Part shown: positions 12,197 to 22,892 of the stretch, one piece after another
How positions within the stretch are numbered: position 1 is the stretch's first letter
How the letters are laid out: every line of letters begins with the position of its first letter
Origin: an uncultured Phycisphaerales bacterium
GTDB taxonomy: Bacteria > Planctomycetota > Phycisphaerae > Tepidisphaerales > Tepidisphaeraceae
DNA length: 64,000 bases
NCBI GenBank assembly: GCA_963755915.1
Contig: CAVWLP010000002.1
Coordinates: forward strand, 2,464,001-2,528,000
Direction of reading: 5' to 3'
Program-made: the position numbers and the translations under genes
The notes under the pieces: generated by a model
What the model was told of the DNA's origin: nothing
What the model saw: only the letters and a program-made list of their open reading frames with translations
The model's database searches: none

Positions 12197-13150
12197 TCAC
12201 AACAGATTTTCCTGGCGCATCCAGTTTACGAAATGGGTGAGGCCCTGGCGGAAATTGGTTTTGGGCTCGTAGCCGAGGAGTTGGCGGGCCTTGGTGATGT
12301 CGGCGTAGCTGATCAGCGGCTCGGAGGGGGGAACCGGGGTTTCGATGATGCTGGCCTTGCGGCCGACGAGCTCTTCGATGATCTGCACGAACTGCAGGTT
12401 TTCGACGGGCTGGGAGCAGCCGAGGTTGATGATTTCGAAATCGAGTTTTTTGTCGAGGGCGGCGGTGAAGCCGGCGACGATGTCGTCGATGTAGGTCCAG
12501 TCGCGTTTGAGCTTGCCGGCGCCGTAGAGGGTGATGGGCTCGCCGCGGTGGATGGCGCGGGACCATTGCCAGGGCATCATGTCGGGCCGGCCGTGGGGGC
12601 CGTAGACGTTGAAGAATCGCAGCACCGTTGTGGGGAGCTTCCAGAGGTTTTGGTAGGCGTGGGCGAACATTTCCATGGCACGCTTGCTGGCGGGGTAGGG
12701 GGCGAGGGGGCGGTCGGCGCAGGCGGTTTCCTTGAAAGGGACTGGGGTGTCCTTGCCGTAAGTGGAGCCGGTGGAGGCGAGGATGCAGGTGGGCTGGCCG
12801 AACTGCCTGGCGGCGTCGAGGAGATTCACCGTGCCCTGGGCGTTGACCATCGCGTAGATGAGCGGGTGCTGGACGCTGTAACGCACGGCGGCCATGGCGG
12901 CGAGATGGGCGATGGCGTCGGGGCGATGAGCCAGGATGAGATCGCGAAGAGGCTCGGCGTCGCACAGATCGCCCCTGACGAAGGTGAAACGCTTTTGGGA
13001 GGTGAGGTCGTGAAGGTGGCGCTGTTTGTGCTCGAGGGGGTAGTAGTCGTTCAGGTTGTCGAAGCCGACAACTTCGTCGCCGCGCGCCAGTAGGGATTTG
13101 GCGAGGCGAGAGCCGATGAATCCTGCGGCGCCGGTGACGAAAACTTTCAT
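12197..13150 (-). CDS. NAD-dependent epimerase (UDP-glucuronate 4-epimerase-like)
   Basis: GAAGFIG, HLAA.A.VRYS, YxxxK (YPASK), RFFNVYGP.GRPDM. Confidence 0.9.
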   Translation of the reverse strand: MKVFVTGAAGFIGSRLAKSLLARGDEVVGFDNLNDYYPLEHKQRHLHDLTSQKRFTFVRGDLCDAEPLRDLILAHRPDAIAHLAAMAAVRYSVQHPLIYAMVNAQGTVNLLDAARQFGQPTCILASTGSTYGKDTPVPFKETACADRPLAPYPASKRAMEMFAHAYQNLWKLPTTVLRFFNVYGPHGRPDMMPWQWSRAIHRGEPITLYGAGKLKRDWTYIDDIVAGFTAALDKKLDFEIINLGCSQPVENLQFVQIIEELVGRKASIIETPVPPSEPLISYADITKARQLLGYEPKTNFRQGLTHFVNWMRQENLL

Positions 13151-13183
13151 GGGTGTTCCTCCCTCCTTAGACGTAATGAAGTA

Positions 13184-14176
13184 TTAGTCCCTTGCATATT
13201 TATGTCGCTCGAGCCATCGGGCAGCCATTGCGGGCCAGGTGCTGAGGACGGGGTCTTTGCCACCGAGGCCGAAGCCGTGGGTGCCGTGCTCGAAGAGGTG
13301 GATTTCGAAGGGGACTTTATTCTTGCGGCAGGCCATGGCGAAAAGCAGCGAGTTTTCGACGGGGACGGTGCGATCGTCGGCCGCATGGACAAGAAAGCAC
13401 GGCGGCGTTTGGGGCGTAACCTGGCGGTCGGCGGAGAGGAAGATTTCAAGATCAGAAGTAGGATTGTCACCGAGGAGATTCAAGCGGGAGCCCTGGTGAA
13501 CGTAGGGATCAAGCATGGTAATAACGGGGTAGGCGAGGATGGCCAGGTCGGGGCGCGAGCTGACGCGGTTGATGGGATCGGGGGCGTCCGGGGTTCCGGG
13601 ATCGAAATGGGTTGCGGCGGTGGCGGCGAGATGCCCGCCGGCGGAGAAGCCGATGATGCCGATGCGGCTGGGGTCGATGTGCCAGGACGGGGCGTTAAAG
13701 CGCACCAGGCGAATGGCGCGCTGGACGTCTTCCATTTCAACGGGGTGATGATATTTCGGGCCGAGCCGGTATTTGAGGACGAAGGCTTCGATGCCCAGGG
13801 AATTGAGCCAATGGGCGATGGGAGCGCCTTCGTGTGGGGCGAGGTGGCCATAGCCACCACCGGGGCAGACGACGAAAGCGGCGCCGGTGGCGTTTTCGGG
13901 GGGGATGAGGAAGGGGGTGAGCGTGGGGACGTCGATGTCGCCGTCGCCGGTCGCGCCGGGAGCGGTAGAGTTCCAGAGGCGGATGGGCGGGGTGAGTGTC
14001 ACTGTGGAAATATGGCCGGGAGGGGGGGATTCATGACAGGATGATAGAGAGATTATGAGACTGAGGACAAGAATAAATGCCGATTGCCGATTGCCAATTG
14101 CCGAATGAAAGGCGCTTTCCTTATTCGGCAGTTGGACTTTGGCGAACTCAGTCGAGCCGTAATCGGCATTGTGCAT
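13184..14176 (-). CDS. Alpha/beta hydrolase (acetyl/feruloyl-esterase-like); start uncertain
   Basis: CPGGGY, GFSAGGHLA, 'D.TVP', HGFG. The N-terminus overlaps an ATTGCCG heptamer repeat. Confidence 0.85.
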   Translation of the reverse strand: MHNADYGSTEFAKVQLPNKESAFHSAIGNRQSAFILVLSLIISLSSCHESPPPGHISTVTLTPPIRLWNSTAPGATGDGDIDVPTLTPFLIPPENATGAAFVVCPGGGYGHLAPHEGAPIAHWLNSLGIEAFVLKYRLGPKYHHPVEMEDVQRAIRLVRFNAPSWHIDPSRIGIIGFSAGGHLAATAATHFDPGTPDAPDPINRVSSRPDLAILAYPVITMLDPYVHQGSRLNLLGDNPTSDLEIFLSADRQVTPQTPPCFLVHAADDRTVPVENSLLFAMACRKNKVPFEIHLFEHGTHGFGLGGKDPVLSTWPAMAARWLERHKYARD

Positions 14177-14270
14177 AGTCTCCCGATCCTAACCGCCACA
14201 AAAAGATTGCCAACCCCGGCTCATTCGAAATAGAATGGCCGATTCCCCGCCGGGCAAAGGAGCGATTTTC

Positions 14271-14843
14271 ATGGCATCGAAGTTGTGGCAGGAATTCAAG
14301 GCTTTCGCGTTCAAGGGGAACATGATTGATCTGGCGATCGCGGTGGTAATCGGGGCGGCGTTTACGGGGGTAATCAACTCGCTGGTGCAGGACATCATCA
14401 TGCCGGCGATTACGGATGTGGTTGTCGCCGTCAAGACGGGTGCGCAGACGGCGGAGTCGGTTGCGCAAAAGACGGTGGCGGCAGTGGGTGTGACGACGCA
14501 ACCATCGACACAGCCATCGGGATCGCAGGCGACCGCCGCTCCGGCGCCGGCCCCAGCGCCACCGCCTCCACCGCCGGCATCGCCTTCGAATCTTGATGTC
14601 GTCAATTTCACGTGGACCATCAAGGGGATTCGCATCGGCAACTTCATCGGGCAGTTGATCAATTTCATGTTGGTGGCTTTCGCAGTCTTCATCATGATGG
14701 TGAAGGTGCTGGGATCTGTCGTGAAAAAAGTGGGCGGCGAACCGGCGCCATCGGAGCCGACCAACAAGGAATGCCCAAAGTGCCTTTCGGTGATCCCGAT
14801 CAAGGCAACGAAATGTGCTTTTTGCACGGCGGACTTGCAGTAA
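14271..14843 (+). CDS. mscL: Large-conductance mechanosensitive channel
   Basis: '[35 protein letters not shown]' and 'G.FI..LINF'; C-terminal CxxC-x10-CxxC. Confidence 0.92.
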   Translation: MASKLWQEFKAFAFKGNMIDLAIAVVIGAAFTGVINSLVQDIIMPAITDVVVAVKTGAQTAESVAQKTVAAVGVTTQPSTQPSGSQATAAPAPAPAPPPPPPASPSNLDVVNFTWTIKGIRIGNFIGQLINFMLVAFAVFIMMVKVLGSVVKKVGGEPAPSEPTNKECPKCLSVIPIKATKCAFCTADLQ

Positions 14844-15219
14844 GACGAGGGGATCCTGAACTTGGCCCAGATTGCGACAATCTGGGCAATTCGCTGTGAA
14901 GCGTCAGGCGGACCTGTACCGCCCTGGTTGGTTCTTGTTCGTTTGCTCATGCGATTTGGCTGTCCGATCGTTACAGATTCTCTAAAGTGAAGGATGACTA
15001 ACTATCTGCTTGTGTTGGTTTAACAATCATTTAGCGCAACGGTTACCCAGTGCTTACCAGGGGGGTCGATTATTAAGGAGGAAGTATAGCGCCGGAAGTT
15101 GAGGCGCTAGTGTGCCGGGAACGGATTCCTGGCCGGTTTGGTTGTACCAATTCGGCTGCCTAAGTTCGCGGGGAAGAGGGGGGGATGGCAGTCGAAAGTG
15201 CCCGAAGGGAGTGGGCCAG

Positions 15220-17162
15220 ATGTCGACGGTTTCACAGTCGAACCCCATGATTTTTTCAAAACGTGCTGATTTGCATTGCCACAGCCGCGCAAGCACCGAG
15301 GCGGATGAGGCGATGCTCGAGGCGATCAAATGCCCGGAGAGCTACAGCGATCCGGCCGACGTCTACGCGCAGGCGAAGGGGCGCGGGATGGATTTCGTGA
15401 CGATTACCGATCACGACTCCATCGCCGGCGTGGCCGAGCTCGCGGGCAGGGCCGACGTTTTCGTCGGCGAAGAGCTGACCTGCTATTTCCCGGACGACCG
15501 CTGCAAGATCCACCTGCTGCTGTGGGGAATCGGGCAGCCGGAGCACGATGCGCTTCAGAAGGTTGCCAATGATATTTATGAGGTTGCAAAATACGTCGCC
15601 AAACATCGGCTGGCGCACGCGGTGGCGCATCCGCTTTACCGGCAGAATGGCGTGCTGGACCGGCGGCATATCGAGCAGTTGATCCTGCTCTTCAATGGAT
15701 TCGAGTGCCTCAACGGCGCGCACAGCATGACGCACCGGGAGGTGTTTGAGCCGATCCTCGATGAGCTGGATGGACATGAGATTCGCCGGCTGGAGAGGGA
15801 GCACGGCATCGATGCGCTGTGGCCGCGGCCGTGGATAAAGACCCGGACGGCGGGGAGCGACGATCATGGGCTGTTTAACATCGGGCGGACTTGGACCGAA
15901 TTTCCGGAGAGCGTCGAGACCCCGACGGAAATTCTCGAATGTCTGCGCGAGGGGCGCTGCCGGCCGGGCGGGGAGGCGGGGTCGAGCATCAAGCTGGCGC
16001 ACAATTTCTTCGGCGTGGGAATGCGGTATTACACCCGCGAGGTGGCGCAGTCCAAGAACAGCATTACTTCCCGAAGCATTCGCAGGATTCTTGGCGAGTC
16101 GCCCCGGCCCGGCCGGCTGACCGCGATGGGCAGCGCGTGCGGGCTTTACGCGCTGGGGATTTCGCGGAAGGTGAAGCGCATGCTCGGGATCGGCAAGCGG
16201 GCACGCGGAACCAAACTTCTGGGAGAGCTGGTTGCCTCTTCGGCGCTCAATCGCATGCGCGGGGCGGATGTGCTGAAGAAATCGCTAAGGGACGGGCGCT
16301 CGCCGCTGGCGGAGCATCAGTCGATGTTTGACCTGATCTGCGGGGTCGATCGGGACGTGACCCGCGGGATTGTCAACGCGGTGACGCGGGCCGTTTCGCG
16401 CAGGGAGCTTGGCGCGATTATCGACGCGGCTTCGGCGGTCATTGCGCAACAGGCGCTGCTGCTGCCGTATATCTTCGCGCTGTTTCACCAGAATCAGGAG
16501 CGAGACCTGCTGAGCAAGCTCTCGACGCGCTGGAAGGAAGGGGCGGAGGAATTTCCCCGGATCGGGCTCTTTACGGACACGGCCGATGAAACGGAAGAGG
16601 CCGGGAAATTTGTGGCAGAGTTTGGGAAGTATTGCGAGGCGCACGGCGTGCCGGCGTCCGTGCAGTTTGCTTCGAACAATGCCGTCGATGCGGGGAATTG
16701 GAAGATTTTGAGCCGGTGATTAATCAGAAATTTGCCTTTGTGGGCAAGGCCGTGCGCATTCCGCCGGTGCTGGAGGTGCTGGAATGGAGCGACCGGAAGC
16801 AGTTTGACGTGGTGCTGGTGAACACGGTGGGGCCGATGGGCTTGTGCGGCTGGCTGGCGTCGCGAATGCTGCGGGTGCCGATGGTCGTCGTCTGTCATGA
16901 CGATCTGCCCCGCCGGGTGCGCGAATTTACGCGCGGAGATTTCCGGGTTTCGGAAGCGGCGGATGGATATATCGCCTGGCTGCTACGCAGCGCGGCCAAG
17001 GTGCTGACAACCGGGCAGGGAGCGGCGAAATTTTCGGGGATTCGGCAGCGCAGACTGCCGGCGATCGATCCGCTGGACTGCGTCTGGGACGCATGTTTCC
17101 AGGCAGCGCGAGGAATCGGCAGCGAGGATGAGAATCCCGCGCGGGAGGCGATACACGCATGA
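15220..17162 (+). CDS. PHP-domain phosphoesterase fused to a partial GT4-like glycosyltransferase domain (frameshift ~16700)
   Basis: DLHCHS, TITDHD, GEELT, AHP and GSDDH PHP motifs, then 'FTDT..E', 'T.GPMGLCG' GT4 N-terminal features. Confidence 0.75.
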
Positions 17163-18343
17163 TGCCCATCAACTACGAAGATCATTCGGTTGAGGAACGG
17201 CCCAGGCCGCGGATTGTGATTCTCTCGGCCTCGGTCGGCTCGGGACACCTGCGGGCGGCGCAGGCGATTGAATCGGCGCTGGGGACGCTTTTGCCCGATG
17301 CGACGATTGCGCACGTCGATGCCCTGGACCTCACCAACCGTCCATTTCGGCGGGCCTATGGAGCGGGATATTTCCGCGTGGTCGAGCGTGCGCCGCGGCT
17401 CGTCGGATGGATGTACGATTTTCTTGACCATCCCTCAGACCAGGGCGCGGCGACGCGAACGCGACAGTTTTTTGAGCGCCTGAATTTCACACGATTAAGC
17501 AAATTGCTGACGGAAGAGCCCTGGGACCTGGCCGTCTGCACGCATTTTCTCCCGGCGGCGCTGATCGCCCGGCTGCGCAAACGGGAGCTGGTCAATTTTC
17601 CACAGGCGGTGGTGGTAACCGATTTTGACGTGCATGGGATGTGGATCAGCCGGCCCTGCGAGCGGTTCTTCGTCGCGACGGAAGAGGCCAAGGCGAACCT
17701 CCAATCGCAGGAAATCGACGGGCGCGATATCCAGGTGACGGGGATTCCGATCGATCCGCACTTTTCCGAGCGACTGGATCGTTCGGAGGCAATCCGGCGC
17801 TGCGGGCTGTCCGAAGACCGAATGATCGTCCTTCAACTGGCGGGTGGTTTTGGGGTGGGATCGATCGAGCGCATTCACCGCTCGATCTGCGACATTCAGC
17901 GCCCGCTGCAAATCGTCGTCGTCACCGGGCGGAACGAGAGCGCGGCGGGGCGCTGGCGGCGATCGAACATGATTCGCGGCATCGGCGCAAGATTTTGGGA
18001 TACACCAACCAGATGCACGAGCTTCTTCGGGCCGCGGACGTGGTCGTGACCAAGCCGGGCGGGTTGACGACCGCCGAGTCGCTGGCCAGCGGGTGCCCGA
18101 TGGCGATCGCCGAGCCGATTCCGGGGCAGGAGGATCGCAATGCCGATTTCCTGCTCGAGAACGGCTGCGCGATCAAGATCAATAACCTGGCTTCGCTGAC
18201 CCACAAACTGGGTTCGCTATTGGACGATTCGCCGCGGCTGGGCCGGATGCGGACATCGGCGCTGCGCCGCGCGGCCGCACGCCGCGGCAGATGTGGCGGC
18301 GAGCTGCATCCAACTCTTGCATCATCACCCAATGATCGCGTAA
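17159..18343 (+). CDS. MGDG synthase / UgtP-like GT28 glycosyltransferase (frameshifted)
   Basis: 'SVGSGH.RAA.AI', 'CTHF', 'VVTDF', 'TGIPI', 'TKPGGLT.AE', 'PIPGQE.RNA'. Confidence 0.88.
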
Positions 18344-18356
18344 AACGACGGGCGAT

Positions 18357-18827
18357 ATGCATCACCTGGTTTTGTGTGGGTTTCTCGTCGCGCTCGCTTT
18401 CGCTTTCGCGCGGGTGGAGATTGAGATCGAGGGGCCGCACGGATGGGCGGCCAATTTGCCCACCTGGCGGATTTCCAACCGCTGGACGAAGATATTTTAC
18501 GGCAATCGCCCGCTCACGGGATATCACTTCTGGCTTCAGGTGTTTGTCTTTCTGATGACGCATCTGCCATTCGCACTTTTTTTCGCACCCTGGTCCTGGG
18601 CGGGGGAATTGCAGGTGGTGGGGTTTGTGATCGTGTTCTTTATCGTCGAAGATTTTTTGTGGTTCGTGCTGAATCCGGCGTATGGGATTCGGCGCTTCCG
18701 CAAGCAGCATATCTGGTGGCACAGCCCGACCTGGTGGTGGATCATGCCGCGCGATTACTGGGTTTTTCTGCTGGTAGGTTGCGGTTCGTACGCGGCGGGT
18801 GTTTGGCTGATGCTCCCGATTCGGTGA
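18357..18827 (+). CDS. Trp-rich integral membrane protein
   Basis: Four hydrophobic segments; 'EIEIEG..GWA..LPTW' and 'EDFLWF..NP'. Confidence 0.7.
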   Translation: MHHLVLCGFLVALAFAFARVEIEIEGPHGWAANLPTWRISNRWTKIFYGNRPLTGYHFWLQVFVFLMTHLPFALFFAPWSWAGELQVVGFVIVFFIVEDFLWFVLNPAYGIRRFRKQHIWWHSPTWWWIMPRDYWVFLLVGCGSYAAGVWLMLPIR

Positions 18828-18834
18828 GCCATCC

Positions 18835-19753
18835 CTATTGGATTTCAGACGGAACGGTCGGTTCGAGATCGGATGAGGTCTGGACCCGGTTTCGCCCATA
18901 GCGTTTTGCGAGGGCGAGGGCGCGCTGGGCGGCGGAGATGATGTCGTGCGGGCCGTTGTTGTGGAGGTCGGAAACGCCGAAACTGGCCGTGACCGGCATT
19001 CGATTTCCAACGGCGGTCGCGAGGCCGGGGGCTTCAATCGCCTCCCGAAGCCGCTCGGCAAGCATCGAGGCGCCGCACAGCGAGGTCTGCGGAAGCAGCA
19101 GAATGAACTTCTCGCTGCTGAATCGGCAGACGAGGTCTTCGGTACGCGTGTTGGACCGGAAGATGAAACCGCAGAGGCGAAGCACTTCGTCACCCATGGC
19201 GGGACCATACTTCTCGTTGAATTCTTTGAATCCGTCGAGGTCGGCGACGATGCAACCGAGGGACTGCGCGGCGGGTCGCCAGCGCAATCTCCCCGGGGAA
19301 GCGCTCGTCGAAGTATCGACGGTTGTGAAGACCGGTCAGGCCGTCGATCAGCGCCTGCTCGGAGACGAGCTTCATCAGGTTCTGACGTTGCAGTGCGGCG
19401 CGGAAGCGCGCCTGGAATTCCGTTGGGTGGCAGCCGTGGGGAATAAAATCCGCGGCGCCAAGTTCGAGGGCGCGGATTTGCTGCTGTGTGTCGGTCGGCG
19501 CGGCCAGGGCGAGAATGGCAATCGCCCGGGTGGATTCATCCCCCTTAAGGGCGCGGCAGGCTTCGACGCCGACCTCGCCGGGGGTTTGCATGTCGATCAG
19601 GGCAAGGTCGGGATTGATTTGCCGGGCGATTTCCAGGGTCTGCGTCGCGGTCGCAGCGAAATGAAGCTCGGCAGCGTCGGGCGGCAAATAGACGCCGGCC
19701 AGCTTGCGCATGGCGCCGGTTTCCCCCGTGATGATGACTTTGAATGCGGGCAT
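18835..19753 (-). CDS. Receiver + GGDEF (PleD-like) protein with degenerate active site (frameshift ~19280)
   Basis: REC 'PDLALID', 'DGLTGLHNRRYF', 'D.D.FK..N..YG...GD', RTED I-site, and SSEKF in place of GGEEF. Confidence 0.85.
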
Positions 19754-19870
19754 AGCGATTCGCCGGCGTCTGACAGCTTTAAAATCGGCGAAAGCGGAGC
19801 GCGGCATAACCGGGGCGGGCGCGGAATTCAGTCGCGAGAGGATGTGCCGACGTTCCGATAACCAACGACG

Positions 19871-21619
19871 TCAGGCGATTGTCTTTTCGACTTCGTCGAT
19901 TCCCGCTGCCCCTTCGGCGATAAGGCGGTAGCCGCTCTCCTGGAGCGAGATGTATCCCTCGGGGGTCAGCGCCTTCTGGCAGGCTTCGATCGTGGGGCTC
20001 TTCAGGATAGTGTCGCGGAGCTTGGGCGTGGCGACGAGGATTTCAAATATGCCCCGGCGGCCGAAGTGACCCGTGCCGAAACATCTCTTGCACCCCTTGG
20101 GGTAGTAAATCTGCTTCACATTGGCGACGCCGGCCGCGGCGAATTTCTTCTGCTGATCGGGCGTGACCGGCTTGGCGACCTTGCAGTGAGGGCAAAGCTG
20201 GCGGACCAGTCGCTGGGCGACGCAGACGTGAAGGCCGGAGGCGACGACGTATGGTTCGACGCCCAGGTCGAGCAGCCGGAACATGCCGCTGATCGCCTCG
20301 CGCGAGTGGACGGTGCTGAAGACCAGGTGCCCGGTCATGCCGGCCTGCACGGCAACGCGCGCGGTTTCGGCGTCGCGGATCTCGCCGACGAGAATGACAT
20401 CGGGGTCTTGCCGCAAAACGCTGCGGAGGAGCGCGGAGAAGGAATTGCCCTGGGCATCGTTCACGGGAATCTGGGTTACGCCCTCAAGCTGGATTTCGAC
20501 GGGGTCTTCGATGGTAACGACGTTTCGCTGGCTGATGTCGATGTCGCGGAGAATAGCGTAGAGCGTGGTGGTTTTGCCTGAGCCGGTGGGGCCGCAGACG
20601 AGGATCATGCCCGCGTCCTGCTCGGCCGTGCGGCGCAGAATTTCCCGCGCCTTGGCGGGGAGCTGAAGGTCATCGATGTGCAGTGGAGCGTTGGCGGTAT
20701 CGAGAACGCGGACGACCAGCTTCTGCCCGTGCATTGCGGGGGCGAAACTGACGCGATAATCGACCCGGCGATCGACAAGGCCCTGTGCCGTTTTCGTGGG
20801 GACTTTGGCGCTGAAGTGGCCCTCCTGAACGATGTTCCGCTGGGCGATATCGATGTCGGACACGACCTTGACGGCGGACAGGACCTTGACGCCGAGCTCT
20901 TTGTTGAGATGGGCCGCATCGACCATGAATCCATCGACGCGGATGCGGACGTGAACATCGTCCATCTTCGGCTCGACGTGAATGTCGGTGGCCCGGCTGC
21001 GGAAGCAGACCAGCAGGATGAGGCGCAGGATGTTGATCGCTTCGCCGACGTCTTTCTTGGGGTCGGCGGGATAGGCGAGCTTGCCGCGGGCGTTGATGAG
21101 GGCGATCTGCCGATCGGTGAAGGTGCGGTCGGCAAGCGCATCGGCGCGTTCGCGGAGCTGGCGTTCGTATTCGTTGGCCGGTTCGGAAGCTGGGGCAGAG
21201 GCTTTCTTTTCTTCGTCCTCGGATTCCTCACCATCGACGACGAGGTCGGCCAGTTCGGACATTGCAGTGTCGGCGGCCTGCTTGCTGGGGGCATTGCCCG
21301 TCACGCGGGCGACGGGGACGATGAGCTTCATCTCCGTGCCGCCGATTTTGATGACATCGCCGGCCGCCATGGCGGCCTCGCCGCGCAGGGATTTGCCGTT
21401 CAGGAGCGTTCCGTTGCGCGATTCCAGATCGCGAATGCGCACGCCCTCGGCGTCTTTTTCGATGACGCAGTGGAACCGGCTGGCCAGCGGTTCCTCGATG
21501 ACCAGCAGGTTGGTGAAGTTTCTACCGATGGTCAGCGCGCCGGCTTCAAGCGGAACCTGGCGTGTTCCCTTCGAATCCTTGATTTCGAGGTACGAGCTTG
21601 GAACGGCGTTTTGGGGCAT
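19871..21619 (-). CDS. FHA domain + GspE/PilB-family secretion ATPase
   Basis: FHA 'IGR..SR.H..D..S.NGT', Walker A GPTGSGKTT, TIEDPVE, LRQDPD, GEIRD, TGHLVFSTVH, tetracysteine motif. Confidence 0.9.
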   Translation of the reverse strand: MPQNAVPSSYLEIKDSKGTRQVPLEAGALTIGRNFTNLLVIEEPLASRFHCVIEKDAEGVRIRDLESRNGTLLNGKSLRGEAAMAAGDVIKIGGTEMKLIVPVARVTGNAPSKQAADTAMSELADLVVDGEESEDEEKKASAPASEPANEYERQLRERADALADRTFTDRQIALINARGKLAYPADPKKDVGEAINILRLILLVCFRSRATDIHVEPKMDDVHVRIRVDGFMVDAAHLNKELGVKVLSAVKVVSDIDIAQRNIVQEGHFSAKVPTKTAQGLVDRRVDYRVSFAPAMHGQKLVVRVLDTANAPLHIDDLQLPAKAREILRRTAEQDAGMILVCGPTGSGKTTTLYAILRDIDISQRNVVTIEDPVEIQLEGVTQIPVNDAQGNSFSALLRSVLRQDPDVILVGEIRDAETARVAVQAGMTGHLVFSTVHSREAISGMFRLLDLGVEPYVVASGLHVCVAQRLVRQLCPHCKVAKPVTPDQQKKFAAAGVANVKQIYYPKGCKRCFGTGHFGRRGIFEILVATPKLRDTILKSPTIEACQKALTPEGYISLQESGYRLIAEGAAGIDEVEKTIA

Positions 21620-21656
21620 GGGGTCTGGTCGTTACATATTATAGGAAAGAGAAGAA

Positions 21657-21739
21657 ATTGCCGAATGCCGATTGCCAATTGCCGAATGGGGGAAGGGCCG
21701 CTCCTTCATTCGGCAATTGGCAATCGGCATTCGGCAATA
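21657..21739. repeat. Inverted pair of ATTGCCG heptamer arrays
   Basis: attgccgaatgccgattgccaattgccgaatg ... cattcggcaattggcaatcggcattcggcaat; single arms also at ~14077 and ~42610. Confidence 0.8.
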
Positions 21740-21742
21740 TCC

Positions 21743-22552
21743 CTAATCGCCGCTCAGCTTCCATTTCGGACATTGGCCGAAGAATCGGCACGGATTCTTG
21801 TAAAAGATCTCACCGGCTTCCTTCTCGCCGTGTCCCCGACGGCGGTATTCCAGGAGGGTGTCGATCAGCATGTGGGGGTGGGAGTCACCCCAATCGCTGG
21901 CGCTGTTAACGCATATTTGCTGGGGGCCGTATTGCTCGAGGATATCGACGCCGCGCTGGGGAGTGACCTTGCTGACGGGGTAGATGGTCAGGCCGCACCA
22001 GAAGCCGGCGTCGCGGGCCATCTGGATGGTGTGCTCTTCACAATGGTCGATCAGGACGCGATTGGGTTGGATTCGCCGGTCGTTCTTAAGGATGTCGCAG
22101 ATGATGGCGGTGCCTTTGTGCTTGTCCTGAAGGTGGGGGGTGTGAATGAGAATGAGCTGGTTGGTCCGCGCGGCGAGGTCGACCTGCTCTTCGAAAATGG
22201 CAATTTCGTTCAGCGTATTTTTATGAAGGCCGATCTCGCCGATGCCCAGGACGCGGGGGTGATCGAGCAGCGGGGGGATCAGGCGGATCACCTTGCGGGC
22301 CAGCGAGACGTTTTCCGCTTCCTTGGCGTTGATGCAGATCCAGGAGTAGTGGTCGATCCCGAAGCGGGCAGCGCGGCGCGGTTCAATGTCGGTAAGATGG
22401 TGAAAATAATCCGAAAAACTCGACGCGGAAGAACGGTCAAACCCGGCCCAGAAAGCCGGCTCGGAAACGGCCACCACGCCGCTGCGGGCCATGAAGAGGT
22501 AGTCATCCGTCGTGCGGCTGACGCAGTGAATGTGCGGATCGATCAGCTTCAT
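21743..22552 (-). CDS. TatD-family metal hydrolase (EboB-like)
   Basis: DPHIH, EPAFW, GEIG, IHTPH, DH, NSASDWG. Confidence 0.85.
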   Translation of the reverse strand: MKLIDPHIHCVSRTTDDYLFMARSGVVAVSEPAFWAGFDRSSASSFSDYFHHLTDIEPRRAARFGIDHYSWICINAKEAENVSLARKVIRLIPPLLDHPRVLGIGEIGLHKNTLNEIAIFEEQVDLAARTNQLILIHTPHLQDKHKGTAIICDILKNDRRIQPNRVLIDHCEEHTIQMARDAGFWCGLTIYPVSKVTPQRGVDILEQYGPQQICVNSASDWGDSHPHMLIDTLLEYRRRGHGEKEAGEIFYKNPCRFFGQCPKWKLSGD

Positions 22553-22794
22553 TTCGCCTGGGACCTGCGGTAGGGCGGCGGGGGAGTCTGGTCGGAGAAG
22601 ATCATCTGGACGCGACGGGCGCGATCGGGAACCGCATCAAGTAAGACGGAGATCGCCTCTCGAAGTTGCAGGAGGCGCGGGTCGGTGGCGGCGGATTGGG
22701 CCCGGTCGAGACGGTCCAGGTCGGCGGCGAGGGAAAGACACCGCCAGCGCATTTCCAGAAGTACTTCGTCGGAAGCCATTTTTTCTCTCGGCAT
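22549..22794 (-). CDS. Small conserved hypothetical protein
   Basis: 'EMRWRCLSLAADLDRLDRA ... RARRVQMIFS'; stop overlaps the TatD start (ATGA coupling). Confidence 0.65.
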   Translation of the reverse strand: MPREKMASDEVLLEMRWRCLSLAADLDRLDRAQSAATDPRLLQLREAISVLLDAVPDRARRVQMIFSDQTPPPPYRRSQAK

Positions 22795-22892
22795 CGCATA
22801 ATTGTACGGCTGCTGACTGGAATTCGCATTTTTGGGCGTTAAAATAGTCCGGTCGCATCGGGGATCTTTGCGATTTCCGAGGCGGCGGCGCG

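Noticed and set aside
21743-22552. ebo gene cluster
   Set aside because: Only the TatD/EboB-like gene is present; no other ebo genes are adjacent.
20678-22573. Long antisense ORFs (e.g. 631 aa here; also 26823-27782, 12233-13093, 44895-45956)
   Set aside because: Shadows of well-supported opposite-strand genes in high-GC DNA.
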